NCBI RefSeq assembly: GCF_006345805.1 | Contig: NC_043000.1 | Span: 102,796,001 to 102,860,000, forward strand | DNA from: Octopus sinensis | Taxonomy: Eukaryota | Length of the DNA stretch: 64,000 nt | Reading direction: 5' to 3' | Part shown: one piece after another, positions 51,796-64,000 of the stretch | Layout: each line of letters starts with the position of its first letter | Position numbering within the stretch: position 1 is the stretch's first letter | Position numbers and translations under genes: made by a program | The notes under the pieces: model-generated | Told to the model about the DNA's origin: nothing | The model's database searches: none | What the model saw: the letters and a program-made list of their open reading frames with translations, nothing else

Positions 51796-53344
51796 ATTAA
51801 CAGTACCAGAGCCAAGGATGCTTGTTAAAGAAACTCTGATTATATCTGACCTTGTGTCTAAATTAGAAACGAAAATTAATATAGTTCAACCAAATAAGGA
51901 TTTCACAAAATATCTTGTTAGAAGCTCCATGAATTTTGGCCACCCACACTTCAGTATGTGTGTGTGTGTGTATCTAACTTACCAAATATAAAGCTTTTAG
52001 CTAACCCAAGGTTATGACGGAAGCAACTTGCCAAAGTGCTGGAGTGATGCACTTGCAAAACTAATTTATATAAGCTGACCAAAGCCTTGTGAATGGATTT
52101 GGTAGATGGAAACTGGAAGAGCCTAACATGTGTGTGTATCCCTTGTCATGACATTGTATGTGTTATACAAACTGTGTCATTTATTTCCAATATTCCGAGA
52201 AAACATACCTAAACAATAGGGAAACATTACTTTGCTTGGAAACAGGTAATGGTTGGTGACAGGAAGGACATCCAACTCCGTTTGCTCCATACAAGCACAG
52301 AAAATGGAAAAGTGGTCATTAAAATTACACACACAAACCCATTTCAAGCCATATGCAGCCACACCACCATGCCTGGAACAATATATATATATCTTTTCCA
52401 ATATGGGCCTTCTGTTCTAAAAAATGGTAGGGTATGATTTGAGCATCTCAATAAAGGGCTCCTCCTAGGCTGCTATCCTTTTTTGCATTGAAACATTAAG
52501 GTGTTTAAGATTAGGAAACTGTTTTCAACAAGAAAACCATATTAATTTAGAAGACTAATTAGTTAAAATATTACACCAATATCCTGCTTAATAAGCCCAA
52601 TTGAAATTTGCTGTATCTTCCAATTATATTCATAGTTTTAAAGTATATCTATATTATATATGATACATATGTTTGTGTTTATATTAAGCCTATGTAGAAC
52701 ATACATATGAAGAAAAAGGAAAGATTAAGATATGATGAAGAGCAAAAGAGGGTTAAAGTTGCCTCTGTCCATGATAAGAAGTATAAGAATTGATATCCTC
52801 AAGATAATAAAAGGTCTGTCTTGAAAGAAAAGGGCTCTTCAGCTTCCCCTTCCCCATCACCAATGTGCACACACACACACACACAATAGGAACAAAATAA
52901 AATAAATTAAAAGCAGAGAAAAAAAAAACCATCCCAGAAGGAACATGATGGGGAGGAGAAAAGCATGTGGTTCCTATCATGCTGAGTTTAAGGGCAGATG
53001 GTTTAGGTAATAAGCTAAAGGATTCCTTAAGCTAGAGGAGGAGGGTGTCAAGTCCTGTGGAACTCAAAGACAAAGGAGATGGGAAGATGCCATAGTTGTA
53101 GTAAAACACTGCCAACATTACCACCCACACCTGGAATGAATAGCTATGGGGCAGAAAAGGGGATGAGATTGCAAAAGGAGAGATGATTTACTAAACAGAG
53201 GGGAAAGAAAAAAAATTGGAGGGTGAGAACATGTTTTTTTTTTACTAGATAACACACACACACATACACTAACATGCCCCCTCCCCACCAATATGCCTAA
53301 ATCAGAAATTATGTGGTAGTTTAGTATGATTAATTTATTAAAAG

Positions 53345-53398
<54 letters not shown>

Positions 53399-53624
53399 TA
53401 TATATACACACACACATGTATGTATATGTGTTGTAGGTAAGTTTAGAAAAATTATTGCAATCAGAAAGCTGGGACAAGTGGTAGTGATGGTGGTGGTAGG
53501 TAGGTAGGTAGCATTGGTAGTTGGTTAGTGAGATGGTAGTAGGATATGTATACAGGACTATGAGATAGGAAGTAGGTCAACAGAGGCACTGACAGTTCAT
53601 TTATTCCAGACTAGAGGCAGCAGA

Positions 53625-54032
<408 letters not shown>

Positions 54033-54424
54033 CTCATATAAATGTACAGGCAAACTAAAGACAACAAAAAAGAAAACTTTCCCCCTACCTGACACACACA
54101 CAAACCACAGTTATGGGTCTTTTGTAACCTATTCATACCAGAAGAGAAACAACAAGTTTAGCCAGAAAATTAACTGTCACACATAATGTAGACTGAAACC
54201 CCACCTTACCTTCAACTCCCATCGACAATAACAACAACAACAACAACAGCAGCAGCGTGACTGCATTGAAACAAACTTTGGCATTTAAGTTTCCAATAAC
54301 TTGGAATTTCTGAAAGAATGAAGTTAGAAGTAATACTAGGATAAATAATTTGAGAACAATCTCACTGTCTGCCTATCTTTCTCTATTTGGATACATTGGG
54401 CAAAAACACACACAACATACACAT

Positions 54425-54566
54425 AGGTGTAGGCATGATTGCTGTGTGGCAAGAAGCTTGCTTCCCAACCAAATAGTCCTGGGTTCAGTCCCACTGCATG
54501 GCACCTTGAGCAAGTGTCTTTTACTATAGCCTTGGCCAACCAAAGGCTTGTGAGTGGATTTGGTAG

Positions 54567-54612
<46 letters not shown>

Positions 54613-56075
54613 TTTGAGTTTGTTTTTGTCTCCCAGCACTGCTTGACAACCAGTGTTGGTGAGTTTACGTCTCCGTAACTTAGGGGTTCGATAAAAGAGA
54701 TATATAGAATAAGTACAAGGCTTAACAGGAAAATAAGTATGGGGGTCGATTCATTCAGCTAAAAATAAATTGTTCAAAATGGTGCCCCAACATAGCCAGT
54801 CTAATGACTGACACAAGTAAAAAGTAAAAGATAGGCATACTCATTTTACTGGTTATTATTCATTAGGCTATGGCCAGGCTGGGGATCCACCTTCAAGAGT
54901 TTAATCAGTCAAACCAACAACCTCCAGCCCTTATCTTTCACTTGTTTCAATCACTGGATAGCAGCCATGCTGGGGCATTGCCTTGAAAGGTTTAGTCAAA
55001 CAAATCTTTTCGAGTACTTATTCCAGTATTTATTTTAAACATTTTTTTAAAGGTTGGTGCTTATTCTATTGATCTCCTATGCTGAACAGCTAGGTTACAG
55101 GTTGACAACTGGTCGTAGGGAACAAACACATAAATACACACAACACATGTACATATATATGACGGGCTTCTTTCAGTATCTGTCTACCATATCCACAGAA
55201 AAAGCTTTGGTTGGCTTGGAGACATGGTAGAGGATACTTGCTCAAGGTGCCATGCAGTAGGGATGAACTCAAAACCATATGATTGTGAAGCAAACTTGGC
55301 ATATTTTATTTGTTGAATCACTAGGCTACAGGACATAAAAACACACACACAGCATGCTTCTGTACAGATTCCCTTGTATCACAAGGCACTGGTTGAGCCA
55401 AGGCTAAAGTAGAAAATACTTGCTGAAAGTAACACACAATGGAACTGAACTGGAAACCATATAGTCACAAAGTCAAATTCCTAACCTTGCAACCATGCTT
55501 GTGCACATATTTTGTATACATGTATACAATGAGTTTTCAAATGTATATTGGTGTGCATATATTCCAGCTTCAATCTTTGTGCAACTATCTGTAATCATGC
55601 ACACAATGGTTTCTTTCAGATCTTATCTATCAAATATGCTCTCAAGGCTTTGCTTGCCCCTGGGCTAAAGAAGATATTCTGGTCAAGGGATTGAACCTTA
55701 AACCACTTTGCAGCACTTCAGGCAAGTCTTTTACTATATCTTTTTGTTTTTTTTTTAAATTTCAGCCAATGGACTGTGGTCATTCTGGGGCCCCACCTTG
55801 AAGGATTTTAGTAAAACAAATCAACCCCAGTACTCATTATTTTTAAACCTGGTGCTAATTTTATTAGTCTTTGTTCCTGAAATGCTAAGTTATGGGCTCA
55901 GGGGCACAAACACAGACACACACTCTTGATGGATTTCTTTCAGTTTCCACCGACCAAATTCACACACTGGGCTTTGGTGGGCCCAGGGCTATATAGTAGC
56001 AGACACTTGTTCAAGGTCCCACACAATGGGACTGAACCTGGAACCATGTGGTTGGGAAGTACACATTCACACAGG
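54425..56075. mobile_element. Cluster of SINE A copies (+ 54425-54830; - 54930-55300, 55350-55500, 55760-56075)
   Basis: Repeated family A head, core and tail motifs in both orientations. Confidence 0.78.
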
Positions 56076-56432
56076 CATACATGTGTGTGTGTGTGTGTGT
56101 AACTGATGTAGTAAGAAGAGACTTAACTGAAATTATATACAACCCCCTTTTCTATTTAGGTATCATCATGAGAACAAGGGCTTCACCATCACATGATTAA
56201 ACTATCAACTACTACTAACTCAGGTGGATAGGAGAAGGCATTATTTTTATGTTTCTTTTTTTTTTTTGTCTGTCAAATCAGAAGCATACTAGAAGAGTGG
56301 CTATCAGCCCTTCCCTCTTTAATACTACATTTTTGTTTACACAAGGAAAAGGATCTGAGTTAAAGGGCCAAAGTTGACAGAAAGCAGAAGGTGGGGCTTA
56401 GAGAATTAGAGAGAGAGGGAGAGAAGGAGGAT

Positions 56433-56454
56433 AGGTCAAGAGGTCATCAGGTCA
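56433..56454 (+). promoter_or_regulatory. Candidate nuclear-receptor response element: three perfect AGGTCA half-sites, DR2-DR2
   Basis: AGGTCA-ag-AGGTCA-tc-AGGTCA in non-repeat sequence; motif only, no functional data. Confidence 0.4.
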
Positions 56455-57597
56455 AACCAGTCAGCATTGCCTTAAAGGCAAGCAATTTTCAAAATGTGCT
56501 TGCCAATTTTATATTATCAAAAAAAGAAAAAAAAAAAAAGAAAAATCTCTCTATCTCTCTCACTACACATCTTTGAATGACCACAGGTGTTCTGGATAAA
56601 ATGTCCAGTATCAAGTGGTTTATCAAACATGCCTTGTCCAAACAGACTCATGAAGGAGTTAATATCCTAGAGCAAGCAGCTAATTAAATAAGGATAGACT
56701 CCAATACTCAACATTAGTAGTAGTACTGGTGGTGGTGGTGGTGGTGGTAGTAGTTTTGATAGTGTCTAATTTAAAATGAAGAGACTAGTTTTTATTTTAG
56801 TTGGTTTTAGAAAACACATTAATCTATGCCTATATGTAAGTGTGTGTGTGCTTGTTAGATTAAGTTCTATATGAGATATTGCATGCACCATGTAAAAAAT
56901 ATATTTTCGTTTCCATAAATTACATTACAATATGATATGTATATATACCACACATACACACAACAGTATTATCCATGTAATAACAATATATGTGTGTGTG
57001 TGTGCGTGTGCATGTGCACGCATTTTACTTGCTCACGTGTACAAGTTTGTGCACGTGCAAATTTCAACCTTCTGTTAATTAGTGACCATCTTTGAGAAAT
57101 CTAGACAAGAATTTTTACTTCTCATGGTGTGAGTATGTGTGCACTCACAAATGCATCCTCTCTGCTTTTGCTGTGTCTTACTACACCAAATCTAACACAC
57201 ATTCTATGTTTTTCTGTTTACTACACAGCAGACCATTCCATACCTTTAATGTGTTTATTTTTTTTATTTCATTTATTTAGGTGCCGGTATGGCTGTGTGG
57301 ACCTACCAAAGCCTTGTGAGTGGATTTGGAAGATGGAAGAATTGCATTGTGTATGTGTTGGAAGAATTGCATTGTGTATGTGTGTTTACATCCCCGTAAC
57401 TTAACAGTTCAGCAAAAGGGAGCTGATAGAATAAGTATCAAGCTAAAAAAAAAAACAAAAGGAAAAAACCCCAGAAAAATAAGTGCTGGGATCAATTCAT
57501 TCAGCTAAAAATTCTTTGAGGTAGTGCTATAGCATGGTCGCAGTTTAATGACTAGAACAAGGGAAACATAAAAGATAAAAGAAAGTATCACTGTGTG

Positions 57598-57639
<42 letters not shown>

Positions 57640-59585
57640 TCTTTTACTCTTTTATTTGTTTCATAACAGCACTCACTATACCATTACCTTTTTGTATAGT
57701 GTATTTGGACTACATTGTTGAATGTGTTTCTATTTTTTAAACTGCTGAATGGGTCTTAATTCAAAGACTATATATGATATGGTTTGAGGGAGATTTAACT
57801 GTTACTCCTAGCTAGTTGAAAAATCACACAGAGGGTCTTTCATTGGCTCAAACACAATTAGTGTTTACTGGAAAGACAATAACAACATAAATTACAATAG
57901 AAGAAATGTTAGCATGTTCAAAATATTTTGGAGGGCTACATGGTGCAATATTGAAGAAAATGTCAAGAGATGAACCCATGTGAGAGCCTGTATGCAGTTC
58001 TTGGCTTATAAGTTTGTTCCATCAGAGCTGACTACAGTAACAATAAATGCTAACTGAAAACATATGTACTAAGTATTGATTTCTCCATTCTAGTTTATCA
58101 GTCTCTTTATCAATTGATAAATATATCATTTTTATATCCAAATTTCATGATGAAATTTACAGCATCTCCAAAATTGTCATGGTCTTAAAAATCTGGTTTG
58201 GTACTTAAGAAAACCAACCATCTTTGAGGTACAAAAGAGGTCATCCCTGATAAGATTAAAGAGTTCCCTTTACTCCATATATTCTCTGGATGTTCCTCTT
58301 CATACTTTGGCATGTTTTTTTTTAAGCTGGATGCCTTTTCTATGATAAGTTACAGTGTAGATTAGATTTTGTTGTTATTGCTGCTGAGATATTGGATAAT
58401 GTAGACTGAAACAGACTGCCAAACATTGGGAAGGAATCTTTCACCATAGGCCAGCTAAATCAAACTTGACATGGGGCTAACAGACATCAATAATATCTTA
58501 TGAAAGGCTACCTAAAAGCAGAGAATGTTTTGTTGTATCTATAATTTGAAAGTTATTTATACCTTGTTTTGGATCAAGAAGCTAGCTAACAGTCACAGTC
58601 AAATCAAAGTTAATTCCAGCATCAAGTATATTATGAAGATAAGCCATAGCTAGTCCACTGTGTTAGGAATGAACTGTTCTATCTAAATATGCTGCCTTCA
58701 ATAAGATCTTACATGTATTAACTTGTGTTGATCCAAACCTCAAGATTATAGATAATGCAAAGAAAATGTTTTAGCTATTCATTCTAGAAAGGCTGAAAAT
58801 CTAAAGGAGAGCCATTGTTACTCTACACACAGATTTCTATACCCAGGCTTAAAAAAAAAAAGAAAAAGAAAGGAAAAAGAAATAAATATAAACAAACAAC
58901 TAAAAGTGAAAGCTTAAAAATGTACCACATACAAACAAAAACATAAAAATTCCTGTCATAGTTAAGGAGCCTGCAGCTACTAAATTCTGTTAAAATTGCT
59001 GAATGTGGTGTTAAAAACTCAACCACAAAGAAAGAAAAAAGCAACAAGTGTATTATAGTAGGCTATAGCTACCCCTTCTTGTTTCCTTTATCTCAATGAT
59101 GAGTTGCTAGGGTCAACTACATAGGAGGTCTCTTTTAGCTGGTCAGCCTAGCCTTCTGGATAATAAGCTTTCTATATAAGATGTCTTTTGTCTAGTGAAG
59201 TGGTCCTGACACTCACCCAATACAGGTCATCTACTTACATTTTTTTTTTACTCAATTTTTACACAATTTCTCTAATTATTTCATAGTTTTTATTTGATTA
59301 ATATTTGAATTTCTATATTATTATTTTTTAAATTTGATTTTCCAAGGAGGTTGGTAGTGAAGTTGACTAGAATCTAGTTAGGAAAATAATTGTATTTGGT
59401 TCAATAGAGACATTTTAGGAAGCTGATAGCACTACTACTACTACTAGCAGTAGTAGTAGTAGAATTTCACATGTATCCAACTCCCTAAAAACCATATTCA
59501 TAAATAAATATTCTTTAGTATTTAAATTACAATTAGCACCCTTCCCAAAATCTTTGGGCTTCTTGCTATTGAATTATTCAAGCAT

Positions 59586-59808
59586 TTACCCCTTTTGAGG
59601 CACAGGGTGTTTTGGTATGTGTACCCCCCCCCAAAAAAAACCCCATTTTATCTGTTCAGATACATCTACTGAAAGATGATCTCTGAGTAGCTATTACACT
59701 TCAAAACCAATCATTTGTTCCATCTGGCTGATGGATTGGCCTCAAAATCCTTTCACCTTGTATCACTTTTGGGCTAATGAATTGGCCTGGGTGTCCCAAG
59801 AGGGTTAA
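59586..59808 (-). mobile_element. piggyBac-type MITE family G, short form
   Basis: Ends cccttttgaggcac / gtgtcccaagaggg-ttaa; inverted homologue of 60585-60993 lacking the central ~185 bp. Confidence 0.75.
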
Positions 59809-60584
59809 TACTACAAAACATGAAAAAGATAGATATCTTAATCTTTGAGAGACAAATCCTACTTATATAACGGTATCATTATTTAAAACAAATCTGATTC
59901 ATGTAAAGAATCTTTTTTCTAGCAAAGAAATGGCAAAATCCACACCTCAGTTCTGCTTTTTTTCTGTAAAAGTTGAACTCAAACTTCAGACTGTTCCCAG
60001 TCAATCAGACTGATCCCCCCACCCCCTTAACTGCTTGTCAATTTTGGAATATTCTCAATTCAGGAGATTATCGCCCCCTCTCTTCTCTCAAAGGGGAGAT
60101 AATTTGGAGTTCCACGTGCAGTGGGGTCAAACCTGGAACTACATTTTTGCAATCTAATATTTTAACTGCATAACCATGCTTGCATGTCTTCATAAATTTG
60201 GAATTATAGAAAGGATTAAAAGGATTTCTTGTTTTTATTGTAGCAGCCAGCTTTACTCTAGCATATATTACAAATATCCTTCCAATTTATACTCCAGTAC
60301 CTAATGATATATAGATCAGAACTAAATCAATACAATCGTTAAAAATATTTTCTACAATATTATTTTAAGTAACTCCATCTATAATTACTACATACACTGA
60401 GATCCTATGCTTGCTCCACCTACTAGAAATGGCAATCAAATTGCCCTTAAATCACACCATCTGTCTTAAATAAAAGATATGCTAGAAAAAAATAGTTCTT
60501 GATGCAATGTGCCTTGAAAAGACTGAATGGTTAAACTGGAATTCATTTTGCAAATTGGTTCACTCAATCAGAGCTAAATTTGAG

Positions 60585-60993
60585 TTAACTCTCTTGGGAC
60601 ACCAGGCCCATTTGATGAAACACAAGTGACACAAGCTGGAAAGGACTTTGAGGCCAATCTATCAGCCCAATGAAACGAATTGTGAATGATTGATTTTCAA
60701 GTGTAATAGTCAATCAGAGATTGACTTTCAGTACATTTTTTTTCTTTCACAGAAACATTTATGCTTATTATTTTAATTTATATGTACTGTGTTATTTTTG
60801 GTTTTCATATTGTGACAGATGTATTGTGCAGTTTACAAGCTTTCATAATATATATAGTTTTACATACTAATAAAGTAGTTTTAGGAACTTTATCCCTTGT
60901 TTCTACTTGAACCCACCAAGTTCAATCACAACAGAAAAAAAATTGGGTCTTTTTGGCTACACATACCAAAACACTGTGTCTCAAAAGGGTTAA
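60585..60993 (+). mobile_element. piggyBac-type MITE family G, long form
   Basis: ttaa-ctctcttgggacac...gtgtctcaaaaggg-ttaa. Confidence 0.8.
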
Positions 60994-62925
60994 ACAGTAG
61001 TAAGAAATGTATTTTACAAAAGCTTTCACCTACAGGATGTTAGCTGGCAAATATACACTTTTCTTATTTCCCATTTTCGCTCAACTCAGGTCCAGTCCCT
61101 TAGGCAAACAGTGTGTGATATCCTTTCTAAACAGACTACAGTACACTTGCACTTCAGAACTGATTCTAATTTTACCAATTCCAGAGTAATTACAAGTAGT
61201 GAGTTAGATAACATAAAGCATGTTTTAGCCCCATGCTATGTACTGATTTCACACTTCATTATGACTAAATAATTTCCTAAAATGCTTCTTTAACAACCAA
61301 ATAATATTCATGTTTTGCAATATTGATAATAATAAGAATTCTTTATGACATGTTTTAGCTATGTTTTTACTTACATATCCAATTACTAAATAATATGTAC
61401 TCGGTCTGGCTTGTTTTTCATTAAGTTGTAGTCATGCACAAACTTCTGGAAATTGAAAATCCTACAGTCTTTGGTTTTAAAGAGTTTCTAATGCAAAATT
61501 TAAATTAGCATAAAAAATAAAGCAAGAAATTTTCACATTTGCCACATTCCTAGATGGCTCCCAAATGTGCACTTTATTCCTGCATGTGTCATAAACCCAA
61601 CCTAAAGTGATATGACATCTGCTCTTCAACAAGTTCTTTGTTCAACCAAGTTAAATGTTTACAGAACTAACATCATACTATTTTCTAAGATTTCTTTGTC
61701 AAAACTATTTACCAAAGTGACAATTCAGTTTTCAAACCACCTTTGTACATTATGCATCTCATGATCTTCATCTCTATTTTTCTCACTTACAAATTATGTA
61801 GAAATAAGAGCTAATAGCATCAATGTCATAACTAGAGGATATGGGTTCTATTTTTCACATGGGACTCGCTTTTTTTTCTTTTCCTATGTTTCCAATTTCT
61901 CTCTTTCTCTCTCTATATATATGTATATGTATGTATGTATGTATGTATGTATGCATGTATGTATGTATGTGTATGTATATGTATATATATATATAAGATT
62001 CAGTCAAATAAGGTACTTAAGTTGATGCACCAAGCCAGTCCAGTATTATCTGCAAGGCGCAGCAAAATGAGGTGAATAAAAAGCAAATAGTAGTACTTTA
62101 CTTTATCTTAAATATTTGTGACATCATATTTTGAAGAGCTTTTCCTTGCATTTCTAGAGGATATAACATGAATGTTTTCTTTAAAATGTTAAAAAAAAAA
62201 AAAAAAACTGTTTTAAATAGATTTTAGTTTGGCTAAGCTTGTAAGAGAAAAAGACTACAACAAAAGTAAATAATAAACAAAGATGTTCACAACTCTTCCT
62301 TTTCCTTGCCCAAACAGGGAAATGGGAGTCAGATATGAAGGAAAGAAGAAAGAAAAGTCAGTGAAGGAAAATATACTTCAGTATTTCAAAAACCAAAACT
62401 AGGACAAGGTGGATGAGTAGAGAACTCTAATGATTTATATCTAAAATATCTTGCGATTACTCCTTTTGATTAATGGTTACTTTACAAAGGCATGGAGCCT
62501 AAAATTATTATAAGGGAGAGAGAATTGAGAAGATTTGAATAGAAGTGAAGCAGGTGCAAATGGAAGTGATAGCAGGTCATGCAGTTCACTGAGAAGTTAC
62601 AAGCACAGTTGCATTATGCAAGCGTTTCTTCCTTTGCAACTCTTCCTGTGAGAACCCAAAACAAAGAACATAATAATAAAAAAACAAAAGAGAATATCCT
62701 CCCTCTTCTCCTCCTCCTCATCATAATGTCCACTTTTCTAGACAGAATTTACTGAGGCATATTTTTTACAGCTGGATGCCCTCCCTGTTGCCAACCCTCT
62801 CCCGTTTCCAAGTAAGGCTATATTTCCTCATGACAGCAATGTTTAAGTGACCGACACTCATTTACAACTATCAAACAATTTTAAGACAAGGAGATACAGA
62901 CACCACTATACACCCACTTATACAT

Positions 62926-62964
<39 letters not shown>

Positions 62965-64000
62965 TAGTCTCCTGTATATTATCATTGGTACTTTTAGCCA
63001 GCTATCAAATGCAATACTTAATTGTTCAGATCATGCATTTTTTCATAGCCTCAAGATTTCAATGATATGATAGCTTATTTTTAGAATGACATTGTAGGGT
63101 AGGTGCAAGAGGCTGGATCTGGTTATGTGTGTGCATACACACATGCACAAATGAACACAAGAGTTGTATTTCCCCTGTGTTGCCATATGCATACTAATTG
63201 TCACTGGTCATACAAACAATGTTGTTTGTAAGCAATCCTCTGTGAAAGAATGTCCAGATTATGTAATTAGTCAGAGTGGTAAGTAGTCCTCATCAGAAAT
63301 ATAGAATTGTACACCCAGATTATTTATTAGACTAGCAGAAATATTACCTTGATTGGAAACAGGTGAGGGTTGACAGCAGAAAGAGCATCAGGTTGTAGAA
63401 ATATCTACTGCAACAAAGTAATCATGTGACCCGTGCAAGCACAGAAAAGTGATCATTAAAACTATGTTGATATGTGGGTGCATGTGTCTGTGCATGCATG
63501 CAAGTGTGTGATATGAAAGCAATTGTGTCTGAGTATACTGGAGTAAATTTCTTGTAGTGTAAGGTGAGCTTACTCACTAAACAGTAACATAACTCAAGGT
63601 AAACCCAACCATTTGTTAAAATAAGAACCACACTAAATGCCGAGGTCAATATAACTCACTAATACTCTTGAAACCAGTAATAAGAGAACGGTCAATTTTT
63701 TTTTTGTCAATAAACAAATTCAAAATTCATATTAAGTTAATACAATCATGTTTATTAATTCAATAAACAATGAAATCAAGCTCAATGTTCTGCATGGTAG
63801 TAGCCACAGGGCTGCTGTAGCAAAAGTCATTCTTCCATACAAGAAGGCATTTATTTAAATGGAATAGCCATATACTTACTCTCAATTTACCATAATTTCT
63901 CCTCAAACCAACAAACAGGAGAGGAAATTGCATTTGTAAGTACAAAAATAATACGCATTTAGAATTTAGATAATATTATACCATTCATATATATACATAT

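Noticed and set aside
63760-63945. 61-aa ORF with an internal GAGA|gtaagt donor near the window end
   Set aside because: No convincing acceptor or homology; at most a micro-exon that cannot be verified.

Overview
Eukaryotic, very AT-rich, microsatellite- and SINE-saturated DNA; the repeat families and composition point to an octopus (coleoid cephalopod) genome, which is an inference. The window appears to lie inside one large minus-strand gene. Its only clear coding segment is a 3,085-nt internal exon (26526..29610, AG/GT bounded). This encodes about 1,028 aa of Q/N/S/H/P/M-rich low-complexity sequence ending in a divergent MEIS/PKNOX N-terminal-like (HPLFPLL) domain, so it may be an unusual TALE-class transcription factor; no homeobox was found in the window. 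A frame-compatible 113-nt upstream exon candidate lies at 46449..46561. The rest is intronic and full of mobile DNA: several SINE-type families, three TTAA-flanked piggyBac-type MITE families, R4/Dong-like and RTE LINE remnants, a maT-type and a mariner remnant, a Helitron fragment, a DINE-1/HINE-like element, a two-gene ISL2EU-like derivative, a 390-bp TRIM-like mini LTR element, a 5S rRNA pseudogene and three long palindromes, two with hammerhead-like motifs. A triple AGGTCA (DR2-DR2) site is a candidate enhancer. Nearly all short ORFs in the supplied track are microsatellite or repeat artefacts. Family assignments come from recognising motifs by eye, not from database searches; boundaries of degraded repeats are approximate.
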